A DNA stretch of 24,533 bases, taken from positions 1 through 24,533 of the IMG/VR virus record IMGVR_UViG_3300012663_000598. One strand, given 5' to 3'. This DNA comes from a virus (lineage: Duplodnaviria > Caudoviricetes). The translations under genes and the position numbers were made by a program. The notes beneath the pieces were generated by a model that was not told the DNA's origin, ran no database searches, and saw nothing but the letters and a program-made list of their open reading frames with translations. This document shows, in pieces, positions 16,872 through 24,440 of this stretch (its first letter is position 1; each line of letters begins with the position of its first letter).

Positions 16872-17737
16872 ACAAGTTCCTTATCAATAACAAAGAAGGT
16901 GCTCTCGTTAAGTCGCACACCTACGTTGGGTATAATCCGACTGCCCTCACTTAGTTTGAGGAAGCCGAGGTTGCGACGGATGTTGTCTGTCAGTTGTTCG
17001 CTGGACTTGACCTCTGTCTCTCGTGCGTCTCCGGAGCCACGCACCATGACGTAATCGCTGCCTCGCGTAAGTATAGTGAACCCTTCTTTGTTGCGGTAAG
17101 CCCGCTCCGTAGCTTCCGCTTCTTTCTTACTGGCAAGTCGTTCGGGTAGGTCGTCTGGCACTGGTGCGCCCCTTGCCTTTAACTCAGGCGCTATCGTATC
17201 CCAGTTGGCCATTATATATCCCGTGATGAACGCGCCCATGCGTCTAAAGCCGCTGTCAAAATCTGCATTAGCAGTCCTAGTATTCTCGCTCAGCTTAACC
17301 TCTACCTGTTGCTCGACCTCTACAATGGTCTCGGCTAATGTCTTAGCGTGAAAGGCTTTGAGTATATTCTTAACCGCTAGGTCGAGCTTACTAGTTTTAT
17401 TCCATATACCGCGCTGGCGCTTACTGGTTAGCCTTGGGTTGTCGTAGCGGTAGTATGTAACTTGCCCCGTATCAGTGCGATAGCCTGACTCAACGGAGAT
17501 TTCGCCTACCGACTGGCCGTTCTCGTAAACATCAAAGTGATGTGCCGACACCCCATCGCCCGTTGTAGCCTCGTTAGCAGACTTTAGCGTCCATTGTGGG
17601 CGGCTCTTACATAGCTCCTCCACTAGGGGTAGCACCTTATCATGAACCACAAATCGCGTATTGGGGTTTACGAAGGCAGGGTTGCGGTTGATGAACACGT
17701 TCGAGAAACCCTCACATGGGTATAGTTGCTTAGTCAT
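16868..17737 (-). CDS. Hypothetical protein (289 aa)
   Basis: Long ORF; start reassigned to the ATG at 17737 with AGGAG upstream. Confidence 0.8.
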   Translation of the reverse strand: MTKQLYPCEGFSNVFINRNPAFVNPNTRFVVHDKVLPLVEELCKSRPQWTLKSANEATTGDGVSAHHFDVYENGQSVGEISVESGYRTDTGQVTYYRYDNPRLTSKRQRGIWNKTSKLDLAVKNILKAFHAKTLAETIVEVEQQVEVKLSENTRTANADFDSGFRRMGAFITGYIMANWDTIAPELKARGAPVPDDLPERLASKKEAEATERAYRNKEGFTILTRGSDYVMVRGSGDARETEVKSSEQLTDNIRRNLGFLKLSEGSRIIPNVGVRLNESTFFVIDKELV

Positions 17738-17760
17738 TGTCCTTACTCCTTTCCTATGCC

Positions 17761-18603
17761 TTACCAATCAAACCCCGAAAGGATTGTATCGAGCTTGTCC
17801 TTGACGTTAGTGCGGATGTTCTCGCTCTCCTTGAGGTCATCAATATCCAAGCCAATCAACACCGACTCTAACTTGCGCCGCGCATCTTCTAACTTGGGGT
17901 CACCAGTGAGGTTGAGGTGAGTAAGCATCCCGCACATTTCCTGTGCGTTCGTAAGGAAGGTGTCGTGCCAACGGGTCTTCTCCTCTAGCCCTAGCTTGTT
18001 AGACATAGTGGTCAGCATCTTGTGTAGTTGGTCCCACGGGGTGCGCATGGCTTCGTCAACACGGCTAACAAAGTTAGCATCATATTCCTTGCGTATGGCG
18101 TCGAGTTCTTGGTTGGGTATGTCCACACGGAAGTCACCGGACTCTGGCACGGGAGAGAACACAAGGCGGAAGCCAAACTTGTCCATCACCTCGTCCACGC
18201 TTGGGTAGTCAGCAGGGTCATGTAGGTCGCCCATGTGCTGCGCCGCAGTTGTCATTAGTCGCGGATATTCGAGACGAAACTTTTCTACCAGCTGCGTAAA
18301 CGTAGTGCGTCTTGCGTTAATCTCGGTCTTGTATGCCATGAAGAGGCTTGTGGGTAGTAGCCTAGCACCTCGGTCTGCCCAAGCTAGTGTCTGGCTGTTG
18401 TGCCATGTGCGGCACAGCGCAGCGAAGTCCGCTATGTCCTTGCGTAAGGTTGTGCCAGCCATGAGGTTCTTACGCACTTGGGCTGCGTCGCTAGTCGCGT
18501 TGCTGTCAGCGGTCAGCTTGGTGGTGGTGTCCTTGTCCAGCTTGTTGGCTGTCCAGACGGAGATGTTCAGTTCGACAAGAACCGACGAAGATGTAATGCT
18601 CAT
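17761..18603 (-). CDS. DUF3150-like helical protein
   Basis: VLVELNISVWTANKLD N-terminus and YPS...KFGF pattern; located next to the AAA/vWA genes; AGGAGCAAACTAATG start. Confidence 0.6.
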   Translation of the reverse strand: MSITSSSVLVELNISVWTANKLDKDTTTKLTADSNATSDAAQVRKNLMAGTTLRKDIADFAALCRTWHNSQTLAWADRGARLLPTSLFMAYKTEINARRTTFTQLVEKFRLEYPRLMTTAAQHMGDLHDPADYPSVDEVMDKFGFRLVFSPVPESGDFRVDIPNQELDAIRKEYDANFVSRVDEAMRTPWDQLHKMLTTMSNKLGLEEKTRWHDTFLTNAQEMCGMLTHLNLTGDPKLEDARRKLESVLIGLDIDDLKESENIRTNVKDKLDTILSGFDW

Positions 18604-18664
18604 TAGTTTGCTCCTATTGTGTTATATGTAACTTAGTTAGGCGTCCGGTTTGCTATCCGGTATT

Positions 18665-18910
18665 TTATTTCTCTGGCGGTTTGCCAGCCAGTTTCGCCAT
18701 GCGGTAAAGGCCATCGGGCATCATCGTGATGTCACGCATGTCGCTATTCATGTCCTGCTCCCAGACATAGTAAGAAGTGCCGCCATTTTCCGTTGCGCGG
18801 TAGTTCCTATGGTAGTGTTCAGCCTTGGCTAGGATTTCATGTATGCGAAGCGCATCCTCTGCCTCCACCACATAGCTGTCGTAGCCGTAACGTATGATTG
18901 CTTTACCCAT
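18665..18910 (-). CDS. Hypothetical protein (81 aa)
   Basis: Start reassigned to 18910 (AAGGAGCAAACTAATG). Confidence 0.75.
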   Translation of the reverse strand: MGKAIIRYGYDSYVVEAEDALRIHEILAKAEHYHRNYRATENGGTSYYVWEQDMNSDMRDITMMPDGLYRMAKLAGKPPEK

Positions 18911-18921
18911 TAGTTTGCTCC

Positions 18922-20130
18922 TTATCCTTTGATGTGAACGGTTTTGCCAACCGGCGCTACGATACGACCTGATGTGTAGCGATGCTCGGAGATTACCCAC
19001 ATGATAGGCGCATCCCACTCGTTGCCCCAGTCACCGACATACCCGTCAGTTAGCTGGATGATGCACTCTGGCTTGATGTTTTGCTCCTTGAGGTAGCGCA
19101 TCATACAGGTTGGGTCAGTGCCGCCACCGCCTACTGGCTTAGTAGAGCTAACAAGGTTAGACATGGTTGCCATGTCATAGACCTCATGCCCCGCTACATG
19201 GCCATCCCAATAGATGAGGTCTATCTTGTCGGGATGCACCTCCTCGACGATAGCCTTGACCTCGGACAGAAACACATTGAGTTCGTCCGTGCCGATAGAG
19301 CCGCTTGTGTCTACACCCACAGCGATATGCCCGACCTTCTCACCTATTAGCGTAGGAAGATACACGTCTTGACTTAGCATGCGCCTGTTGACTCTGCGCC
19401 ATGATGACGCATCCTTGGCATTGCAGGTAGCGGACACAAACTCACGCAGTGCTTCGCGCCAATCTATCTGTGGCTGGAGCATGTCGCCTAGCTCGCGGTT
19501 GACGTTTAGTCCGCCTTTGCCCGTAGCTTTCATAGCTGCTATCTGGCCTTGACGTAGGGCTTGGTCTACCTCGCGCTCTAGTTCCTTGCGCTCGTCGGCA
19601 GTCATTTCCTTGGCCCCGTCCCAGTCATGCTCGTCGAACCCTTGGTCGCCTTGACCACCATTAGGGTTATCCTTCTTCTCCTGCTTGAGTATGTCGAAGA
19701 TTTGCTTGGTGTTCATGCCTTTGTATTTGACGTCATAGCACCCCATGCGTGAACCATCCTCGAAGCGTGGGAAGGCTACCACTTGCTCGTTCGGGTCCAT
19801 ATCCATAATCATAAGGTTGATTACATGGTCCATTGCGATGTTAGCTAGGCGAGCGTCCTCTGCTCGTAGCTTCTGCCATGTTGTCATGTGGCGTAAGCCC
19901 TTGTGCATGTTCTCGTGTAGCACGACGAACCCTAGCTGCTTCTCATCTAACTTTGTTATAAGTCCCAAGCCATACATCTCGTCGCGGCCATTGGTGCATG
20001 CTGTCGGCACGTCCTCGACTACGCTAGTCTTACCGACCATCATGATGCCAGACCACAATGCGAACATGGGGTTGCGCATGAGGTTAATCTTGACTTTCTT
20101 GAGCTTGCGCTCTGCTTTCTGCATATCCAT
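18922..20130 (-). CDS. DUF2201-type protein: N-terminal HExxH metallopeptidase-like domain and C-terminal vWA domain
   Basis: PTACTNG; LHENMH (HExxH); N.A.D..IN; MIDAS DTSGS; GGGGTD; LTDGY. Confidence 0.88.
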   Translation of the reverse strand: MDMQKAERKLKKVKINLMRNPMFALWSGIMMVGKTSVVEDVPTACTNGRDEMYGLGLITKLDEKQLGFVVLHENMHKGLRHMTTWQKLRAEDARLANIAMDHVINLMIMDMDPNEQVVAFPRFEDGSRMGCYDVKYKGMNTKQIFDILKQEKKDNPNGGQGDQGFDEHDWDGAKEMTADERKELEREVDQALRQGQIAAMKATGKGGLNVNRELGDMLQPQIDWREALREFVSATCNAKDASSWRRVNRRMLSQDVYLPTLIGEKVGHIAVGVDTSGSIGTDELNVFLSEVKAIVEEVHPDKIDLIYWDGHVAGHEVYDMATMSNLVSSTKPVGGGGTDPTCMMRYLKEQNIKPECIIQLTDGYVGDWGNEWDAPIMWVISEHRYTSGRIVAPVGKTVHIKG

Positions 20131-20151
20131 TAGTTTGCTCCTATGCTGGTA

Positions 20152-21219
20152 TCAAAGTAGGTCTTCGTTATCCCGCACCCAGTTAGCGAACGCACTGGAT
20201 GAGAACGCAACCGACTGGCGCTGTGGGTTCTTCGCAATGTTGATAGCGAAGCATGCTTGCCACTCTGACTCGAAGCGAGACAGGTAGGTCATGAACGGGG
20301 TCATGGTTTCTTTAGTCACCTTCATGATTGCACCAAAGATAAGCACCGCACATGCACCTGCTGACGTAGGGATAGCCGCTTCATTGGGCTTGGACGTGAT
20401 GTGGTCCCATGTCGGTAGCTGGTCTTGGTATGTGATGTAGGCTTGCATGTCCCGCGCTGCTGCCTCACCGATTGTGCCTGATAGCGCAGCGGTAAGAGCG
20501 TTGGATGAAACCTGCTCACGATGCCTAACAATGTTAGATGCACGCGACAAAGAACGGGGCGAGACATACGACTTCTGCATGGCCTTGGGGTTGTAGATGT
20601 ATGCGTTCTCGTTCTGCGTGCCGTCAGTGTATGAGGCCAGCGCATGTGGAAACTGCTTAACCCAAGCCATAACAACAGGCTCGATGTCGTTGTTGATTGC
20701 CCACTCAAGCCACTGGTCGCTGTCAGGCTTAGCTACACGCACTCTGGATACTCTGTTAAGAGTATGGCCCTTGATAACATCGCCAACACCATCGCTCGAC
20801 AAGTTAGACGTAAGAAACACGATTGAGTCTGGATGTAGCTCAATGTCGCCTAGCCGTGGGTTGTGTTCTTCGAGTAGCGGGTGAAGCATATTCTGCACTG
20901 GAGGCGGAGCCTTAGCAAACTCATCAAGCATGATGACTGCTGGCTTGCCATGCTGCAACTGGAGCGCAGCATTGGGGAAATACTCTGTTACCCGTAGCTC
21001 GCGGTTCACGCTTGGCATGGCGATGTCGCCAAGGTCTTTCTGAGCGCAGTCAAAGTAGGCATAGACGTAGCGGTCACCTAGCTTGGCCTTGAGCGCCTTC
21101 ATGATACTGGACTTACCAATTCCGGGCTCTCCTTCGAGTAGGAACCGATTGTCGGGGATAGCTGCGATAAGCTCTGCGGCTTCGGCAAGTGAGATATTCG
21201 AACCAAAATCAATAGACAT
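20152..21219 (-). CDS. MoxR/dynein-related AAA+ ATPase
   Basis: Walker A GEPGIGKS, Walker B MLDEF, sensor TSN, SPRS motif; adjacent to the vWA gene. Confidence 0.9.
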   Translation of the reverse strand: MSIDFGSNISLAEAAELIAAIPDNRFLLEGEPGIGKSSIMKALKAKLGDRYVYAYFDCAQKDLGDIAMPSVNRELRVTEYFPNAALQLQHGKPAVIMLDEFAKAPPPVQNMLHPLLEEHNPRLGDIELHPDSIVFLTSNLSSDGVGDVIKGHTLNRVSRVRVAKPDSDQWLEWAINNDIEPVVMAWVKQFPHALASYTDGTQNENAYIYNPKAMQKSYVSPRSLSRASNIVRHREQVSSNALTAALSGTIGEAAARDMQAYITYQDQLPTWDHITSKPNEAAIPTSAGACAVLIFGAIMKVTKETMTPFMTYLSRFESEWQACFAINIAKNPQRQSVAFSSSAFANWVRDNEDLL

Positions 21220-21292
21220 TGTATTACTCCTTCGTTGTAACTTTGTTAGGTCTTCTTACTCTAGTTGGCTGTTTACCCAGTTTTTTCTTTTT

Positions 21293-21343
21293 AATGTAGC
21301 ACAATAATATACCCAAGTCAAGCGATGTGGGCATGAGGTCGGG
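21293..21343 (-). promoter_or_regulatory. Early promoter, copy 2 (TTGACT-N17-TACATT, extended -10) with a conserved upstream box
   Basis: -35 at 21316-21321, -10 at 21293-21298; near-identical to 23817-23867. Confidence 0.8.
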
Positions 21344-21357
21344 GACCTCTAACTTTG

Positions 21358-22302
21358 TTAGAACCATTTTATATAGCGGTCCCGTGAGGCTACGCCTTGC
21401 TTTGCTGGCTTCTTCTCCAACACCTCGTAGCGGTGTATGAACATGATTAGTTCGTCGAGAGTTTTACCCACGCGCTCTGGTGTGACCGAAATGCCATCTG
21501 GTCCAATCCAATAACGTCCCTCATGGGCAGTCCTCATGATAGTTAGCAAGGCTCGGTAGTTATCCTGCGCATCATCACTGCGCATCAGGCCCTTAAGGTT
21601 GTCTGCCTGTGACGCGCTCTTTCGGTCAGTCTGCACCATAGAGTCGTAAGCTATTAGCCCGTGCTTATCTAACTCCTCGCGGCCTACCCTCACCACAGGT
21701 AGACTCACATCAGGTCCGTTCCAGCGTTGCTGCGTTACATACTCGGTGCGCAGCTTGGTCATTGCGGAGAGGTATTTCCTGAAGGCTGTGTATTCCTTCC
21801 TAACTTTGTTAGCTGCCTTGCGATTAACCACATGCGTTTCATGCGGCTCCATACCATCGAATAGCCAGTGGCCCTCGTGTGGGATAATCTTCACCGGCAC
21901 GTTGTTAGGCATACGCCAATCACCACGCACAATCTCAAGCGCGTTCGACCCTGTAGCCTTACGCATGAAGGCAGTAGCCCAAGCTCTGTGATGGAAGGTA
22001 TACATTTTCAGCCCAAGCAACATGTGGAACATGTCGTGCGTCGAGGGCGATACCCAGCCACCATTCTGTATGGTTATCGTATCATCTGGATGATAGCGCA
22101 CTATGTCCGTGTTGTGCATCTTGACCACGATGTCGTTACCATCCTTACGGATGTTGTAGTATTTCTTGTTACGCGCACCCAACGGCTTGGTTCCGTTCTT
22201 GTCGCCCCGAATCGGCTTGACTAAGGCTTCCCGCTTCACTGCGTCGTTGTATGTGGTAAGTCTGGGGATGTCCCAGTTACGATTGTAATTACTCCAACCC
22301 AT
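21358..22302 (-). CDS. Hypothetical early protein (314 aa, basic)
   Basis: Long ORF with a GAAGGAG RBS. Confidence 0.8.
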   Translation of the reverse strand: MGWSNYNRNWDIPRLTTYNDAVKREALVKPIRGDKNGTKPLGARNKKYYNIRKDGNDIVVKMHNTDIVRYHPDDTITIQNGGWVSPSTHDMFHMLLGLKMYTFHHRAWATAFMRKATGSNALEIVRGDWRMPNNVPVKIIPHEGHWLFDGMEPHETHVVNRKAANKVRKEYTAFRKYLSAMTKLRTEYVTQQRWNGPDVSLPVVRVGREELDKHGLIAYDSMVQTDRKSASQADNLKGLMRSDDAQDNYRALLTIMRTAHEGRYWIGPDGISVTPERVGKTLDELIMFIHRYEVLEKKPAKQGVASRDRYIKWF

Positions 22303-22324
22303 GTTCTTTCTCCTTCTAACTTTG

Positions 22325-22753
22325 TTAGGCTTGTGATTGAAACGATACTTCTGTTGAGCGGTTCACTGCGATTACCGCATCCGCGTTTGTGCTCATCCGT
22401 ATCTCGGTGTCTTGGGATTCCTCGCCCAAGCGCACAAACTCCCACGCTACGTTGAACGGCGTAGTGTTCTCGTCCGGCGCACCGGCTAGCTGCTCCTTGT
22501 CTAGTAGGGTGTCGATAGCCTCGAAGACTTTTTCTATTTGTTGCGGGTGTTCGTAGGTGTCATACCATTTCACGTCGTTGTAGTAGACTGCGATGCCTCG
22601 GCTGTCTGGGTCGTAGGTAATGTCCGCGCCCCATTCGTCCTTAGCCACAGCATGTGGGTAGTTCTCGTCGAACCATAGCTTGAGCAACGGATATGATGTC
22701 TCGCTGTCAACAGGCGCGTAGATAACTACGTCTACTTCTGACCTATAACCCAT
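22325..22753 (-). CDS. Hypothetical acidic early protein (142 aa)
   Basis: MGYRSEV...VKWY...FVRLGEE pattern; GGGAG RBS. Confidence 0.8.
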   Translation of the reverse strand: MGYRSEVDVVIYAPVDSETSYPLLKLWFDENYPHAVAKDEWGADITYDPDSRGIAVYYNDVKWYDTYEHPQQIEKVFEAIDTLLDKEQLAGAPDENTTPFNVAWEFVRLGEESQDTEIRMSTNADAVIAVNRSTEVSFQSQA

Positions 22754-22754
22754 G

Positions 22755-22850
22755 TCATCTCTCCCTTAGGGTTGCGTGTATTGCCCAGACTGCGAAGATT
22801 AATGTAGCTACAAAAAATACCTCGGCTGCTGCGTGTAGTAGGCTAGTCAT
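22755..22850 (-). CDS. Hydrophobic micropeptide (31 aa, MTSLLHAAAEVFFVATLIFAVWAIHATLRER)
   Basis: Translated by hand; AAGGA RBS; ATGA overlap; fills the gap. Confidence 0.55.
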   Translation of the reverse strand: MTSLLHAAAEVFFVATLIFAVWAIHATLRER

Positions 22851-23002
22851 GCTGCTTCCTTGGTGGTGTCGAGTGCCTCGCCCGCTTCCTCGATTATGTA
22901 GGTCAATGTGCTCACCATTTCGTCACGCGACTCGCGCTCTTCTAAGCCATACTGGGCAACCATGCGAATGCGCCGCAGCGCGGCTAGTAATTCCTCGGTC
23001 AT
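22847..23002 (-). CDS. Hypothetical protein (51 aa, MTEELLAALRRIRMVAQYG...)
   Basis: Translated by hand; ATGA overlaps at both ends. Confidence 0.65.
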   Translation of the reverse strand: MTEELLAALRRIRMVAQYGLEERESRDEMVSTLTYIIEEAGEALDTTKEAA

Positions 23003-23160
23003 CCGCCTGTCCTCTCGCGTAGTTCGCGCTCTGCTTTTAGTAACCGCTCGGATAGCACTTGCTCTAACTCTGTTAGGTATAAGCGTTCCTTGGTAGTCGC
23101 TATCAGCTCGGCGTTTGTAAGCATGCGGTAGTAGTTCCGGTCTTTATCTGTCTGTGTCAT
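22999..23160 (-). CDS. Hypothetical helical protein (53 aa, MTQTDKDRNYY...)
   Basis: Start reassigned to 23160 (GAAGGA RBS, ATGA overlap). Confidence 0.65.
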   Translation of the reverse strand: MTQTDKDRNYYRMLTNAELIATTKERLYLTELEQVLSERLLKAERELRERTGG

Positions 23161-23306
23161 CCGTTGTGTCCTTCTTCGTGAAAGGTTTCCCACAAGTCGC
23201 GGTCCACCTGTATCCATAGGGTTGTCTCAAACTCCTGCATTACATCGGCGTTCTCCAGTATGTCGAAGGCCAGTGCTACCTTGTTCCAGTCGTTCAATTC
23301 ATCCAT
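23157..23306 (-). CDS. Very acidic small protein (49 aa, MDELNDWNKVALAFDILENADVMQEFETTLWIQVDRDLWETFHEEGHNG)
   Basis: Translated by hand; GGGAG RBS; overlaps its neighbours at both ends. Confidence 0.65.
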   Translation of the reverse strand: MDELNDWNKVALAFDILENADVMQEFETTLWIQVDRDLWETFHEEGHNG

Positions 23307-23544
23307 GCGCTTTCTCCCATGCGTCACGCTCGGCTGCTATCTCCAGCCGGACTAATGATTCTCTCTCTAGCTCGCTGCGGAAGTGGTCTTTGGATAGACA
23401 CCAGCGTCCCGACTCTCTGGCGAAGTCAGTCACGGCCTTGCCTAGCTCTAGCTCTGTCTCGCGTAGTCGTTTGCGTAATAGGTCATACCTGCGTAGCAGG
23501 ACTGCTGCTTTCATCTTGGTGCTTAAGTCACTAACCATTTTCAT
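23299..23544 (-). CDS. Hypothetical coiled-coil protein (about 80 aa)
   Basis: GAGGA RBS; packed in the early operon. Confidence 0.7.
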   Translation of the reverse strand: MKMVSDLSTKMKAAVLLRRYDLLRKRLRETELELGKAVTDFARESGRWCLSKDHFRSELERESLVRLEIAAERDAWEKAHG

Positions 23545-23555
23545 TCCTCACTTTG

Positions 23556-23747
23556 TTAGGCGTTGTTGTATTTGGGGTTAAGCTGCTTGAGTTCGGTAAA
23601 GTTGGAGACGAGGATATAATTGCTCTTGTTGAGCGGGGCCACGCAGTGCCTTACCTTCCTCGCCTCCAAGTCCCCACACACAGGACAGGTTTGGTAGCCA
23701 ATGGCTACACGTTTCGGATTAATCTTATCGCCACAGGGACATTTCAT
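23556..23747 (-). CDS. DksA/TraR-like C4 zinc-finger protein (63 aa)
   Basis: MKCPCGDKINPKRVAIGYQTCPVC resembles the C..CG..I...R......C..C finger; AGGAGCAGAC RBS. Confidence 0.6.
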   Translation of the reverse strand: MKCPCGDKINPKRVAIGYQTCPVCGDLEARKVRHCVAPLNKSNYILVSNFTELKQLNPKYNNA

Positions 23748-23816
23748 AGTCTGCTCCTTTTCTAACTTTGTTAGACCCGTTGGGTTGAATCGGCTTAGTC
23801 TTTTGTTTTTCTTTTT

Positions 23817-23867
23817 AATGTAACACAAAGTCCCTCTTATGTCAAGTCATGTGGGCACGAGGTCGGG
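23817..23867 (-). promoter_or_regulatory. Early promoter, copy 1 (TTGACA-N17-TACATT, extended -10) with a conserved upstream box
   Basis: -35 at 23840-23845, -10 at 23817-23822. Confidence 0.85.
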
Positions 23868-23890
23868 CACGACTAACTAGGTTAGGTAGT

Positions 23891-24315
23891 GTAAGGAAAT
23901 GGGTAACGGGAAACCGCGCTTTGTAAGGAAATTCGGGGTAACGTAAGAAAAGTGAAGAGGAAAAACTTACGAAAGAAAATGGCGGATGGCTGCGGGTCTC
24001 GGTAAGGAAATTGGTTGTATTGTAAGAAAGTAAGGTAAAAATAATAATAATAAGGGCTGGGGCGATTTTTCTTACTGGCGTTACGCTGCATCTGCGAGAG
24101 AGCGTCCTTGCTGACCGAACCCCGAAAAAAACCTTACAACCCTTACGACCCTTACAAAGCGCAGAAATGCGTGGGTCAAAAACTTACAATAGGGCCAAGT
24201 TTCCTTACGATACCAAACTTTCCTTACAATACACTGTGCGCTCGTCAGTCCTGTTACTATCATAGGAGCACCTAACTAAGTTAGCACTGGTAATGTAAGT
24301 TTTCTGTATTGTAAG
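23891..24315. repeat. Array of 16 GTAAG/CTTAC pentamers around an AT-rich core (candidate origin or packaging site)
   Basis: GTAAG at 23891, 23923, 23943, 24002, 24022, 24030, 24295, 24311. CTTAC at 23966, 24071, 24133, 24142, 24151, 24183, 24204, 24223. AAAATAATAATAATAA at about 24037-24053. Confidence 0.75.
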
Positions 24316-24379
24316 ATTTCCTCCTACCTAATGCGCTCGTCAGTCTCGTTACTATCATGGCGACACCTAACTAAGTTAG
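24237..24379. repeat. 48-bp direct repeat, two copies (24237-24284, 24332-24379)
   Basis: 42/48 identical; each copy ends in CTAACTAAGTTAG. Confidence 0.9.
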
Positions 24380-24406
24380 ATGCGTTCACCCTACTGCGCG
24401 AGGTGC

Positions 24407-24440
24407 AAACAAAAACCCCCATGCTTTCGCACGAGGGTTC
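24407..24440 (-). terminator. Rho-independent terminator
   Basis: Minus strand AACCCTCGTGC-GAAA-GCATGGGGGTT (with G-U pairs), followed by TTTGTTT. Confidence 0.8.

Noticed and set aside
2465-23765. Plus-strand ORFs in the six-frame track (e.g. 2771-3169, 19745-20287, 23222-23581)
   Set aside because: They lie antisense to well-supported, tightly packed minus-strand genes and lack RBSs or recognisable motifs; treated as shadow ORFs.
23882-24263. ORFs 23882-24091 and 24081-24263
   Set aside because: They translate the repeat and AT-rich array (YYYYFY, VRVVRVVR) with no convincing RBS; the region is more plausibly non-coding.
24237-24379. Mini-CRISPR array
   Set aside because: Only two 48-bp units with 6 mismatches; the spacer contains the local GTAAG motif; no cas operon.
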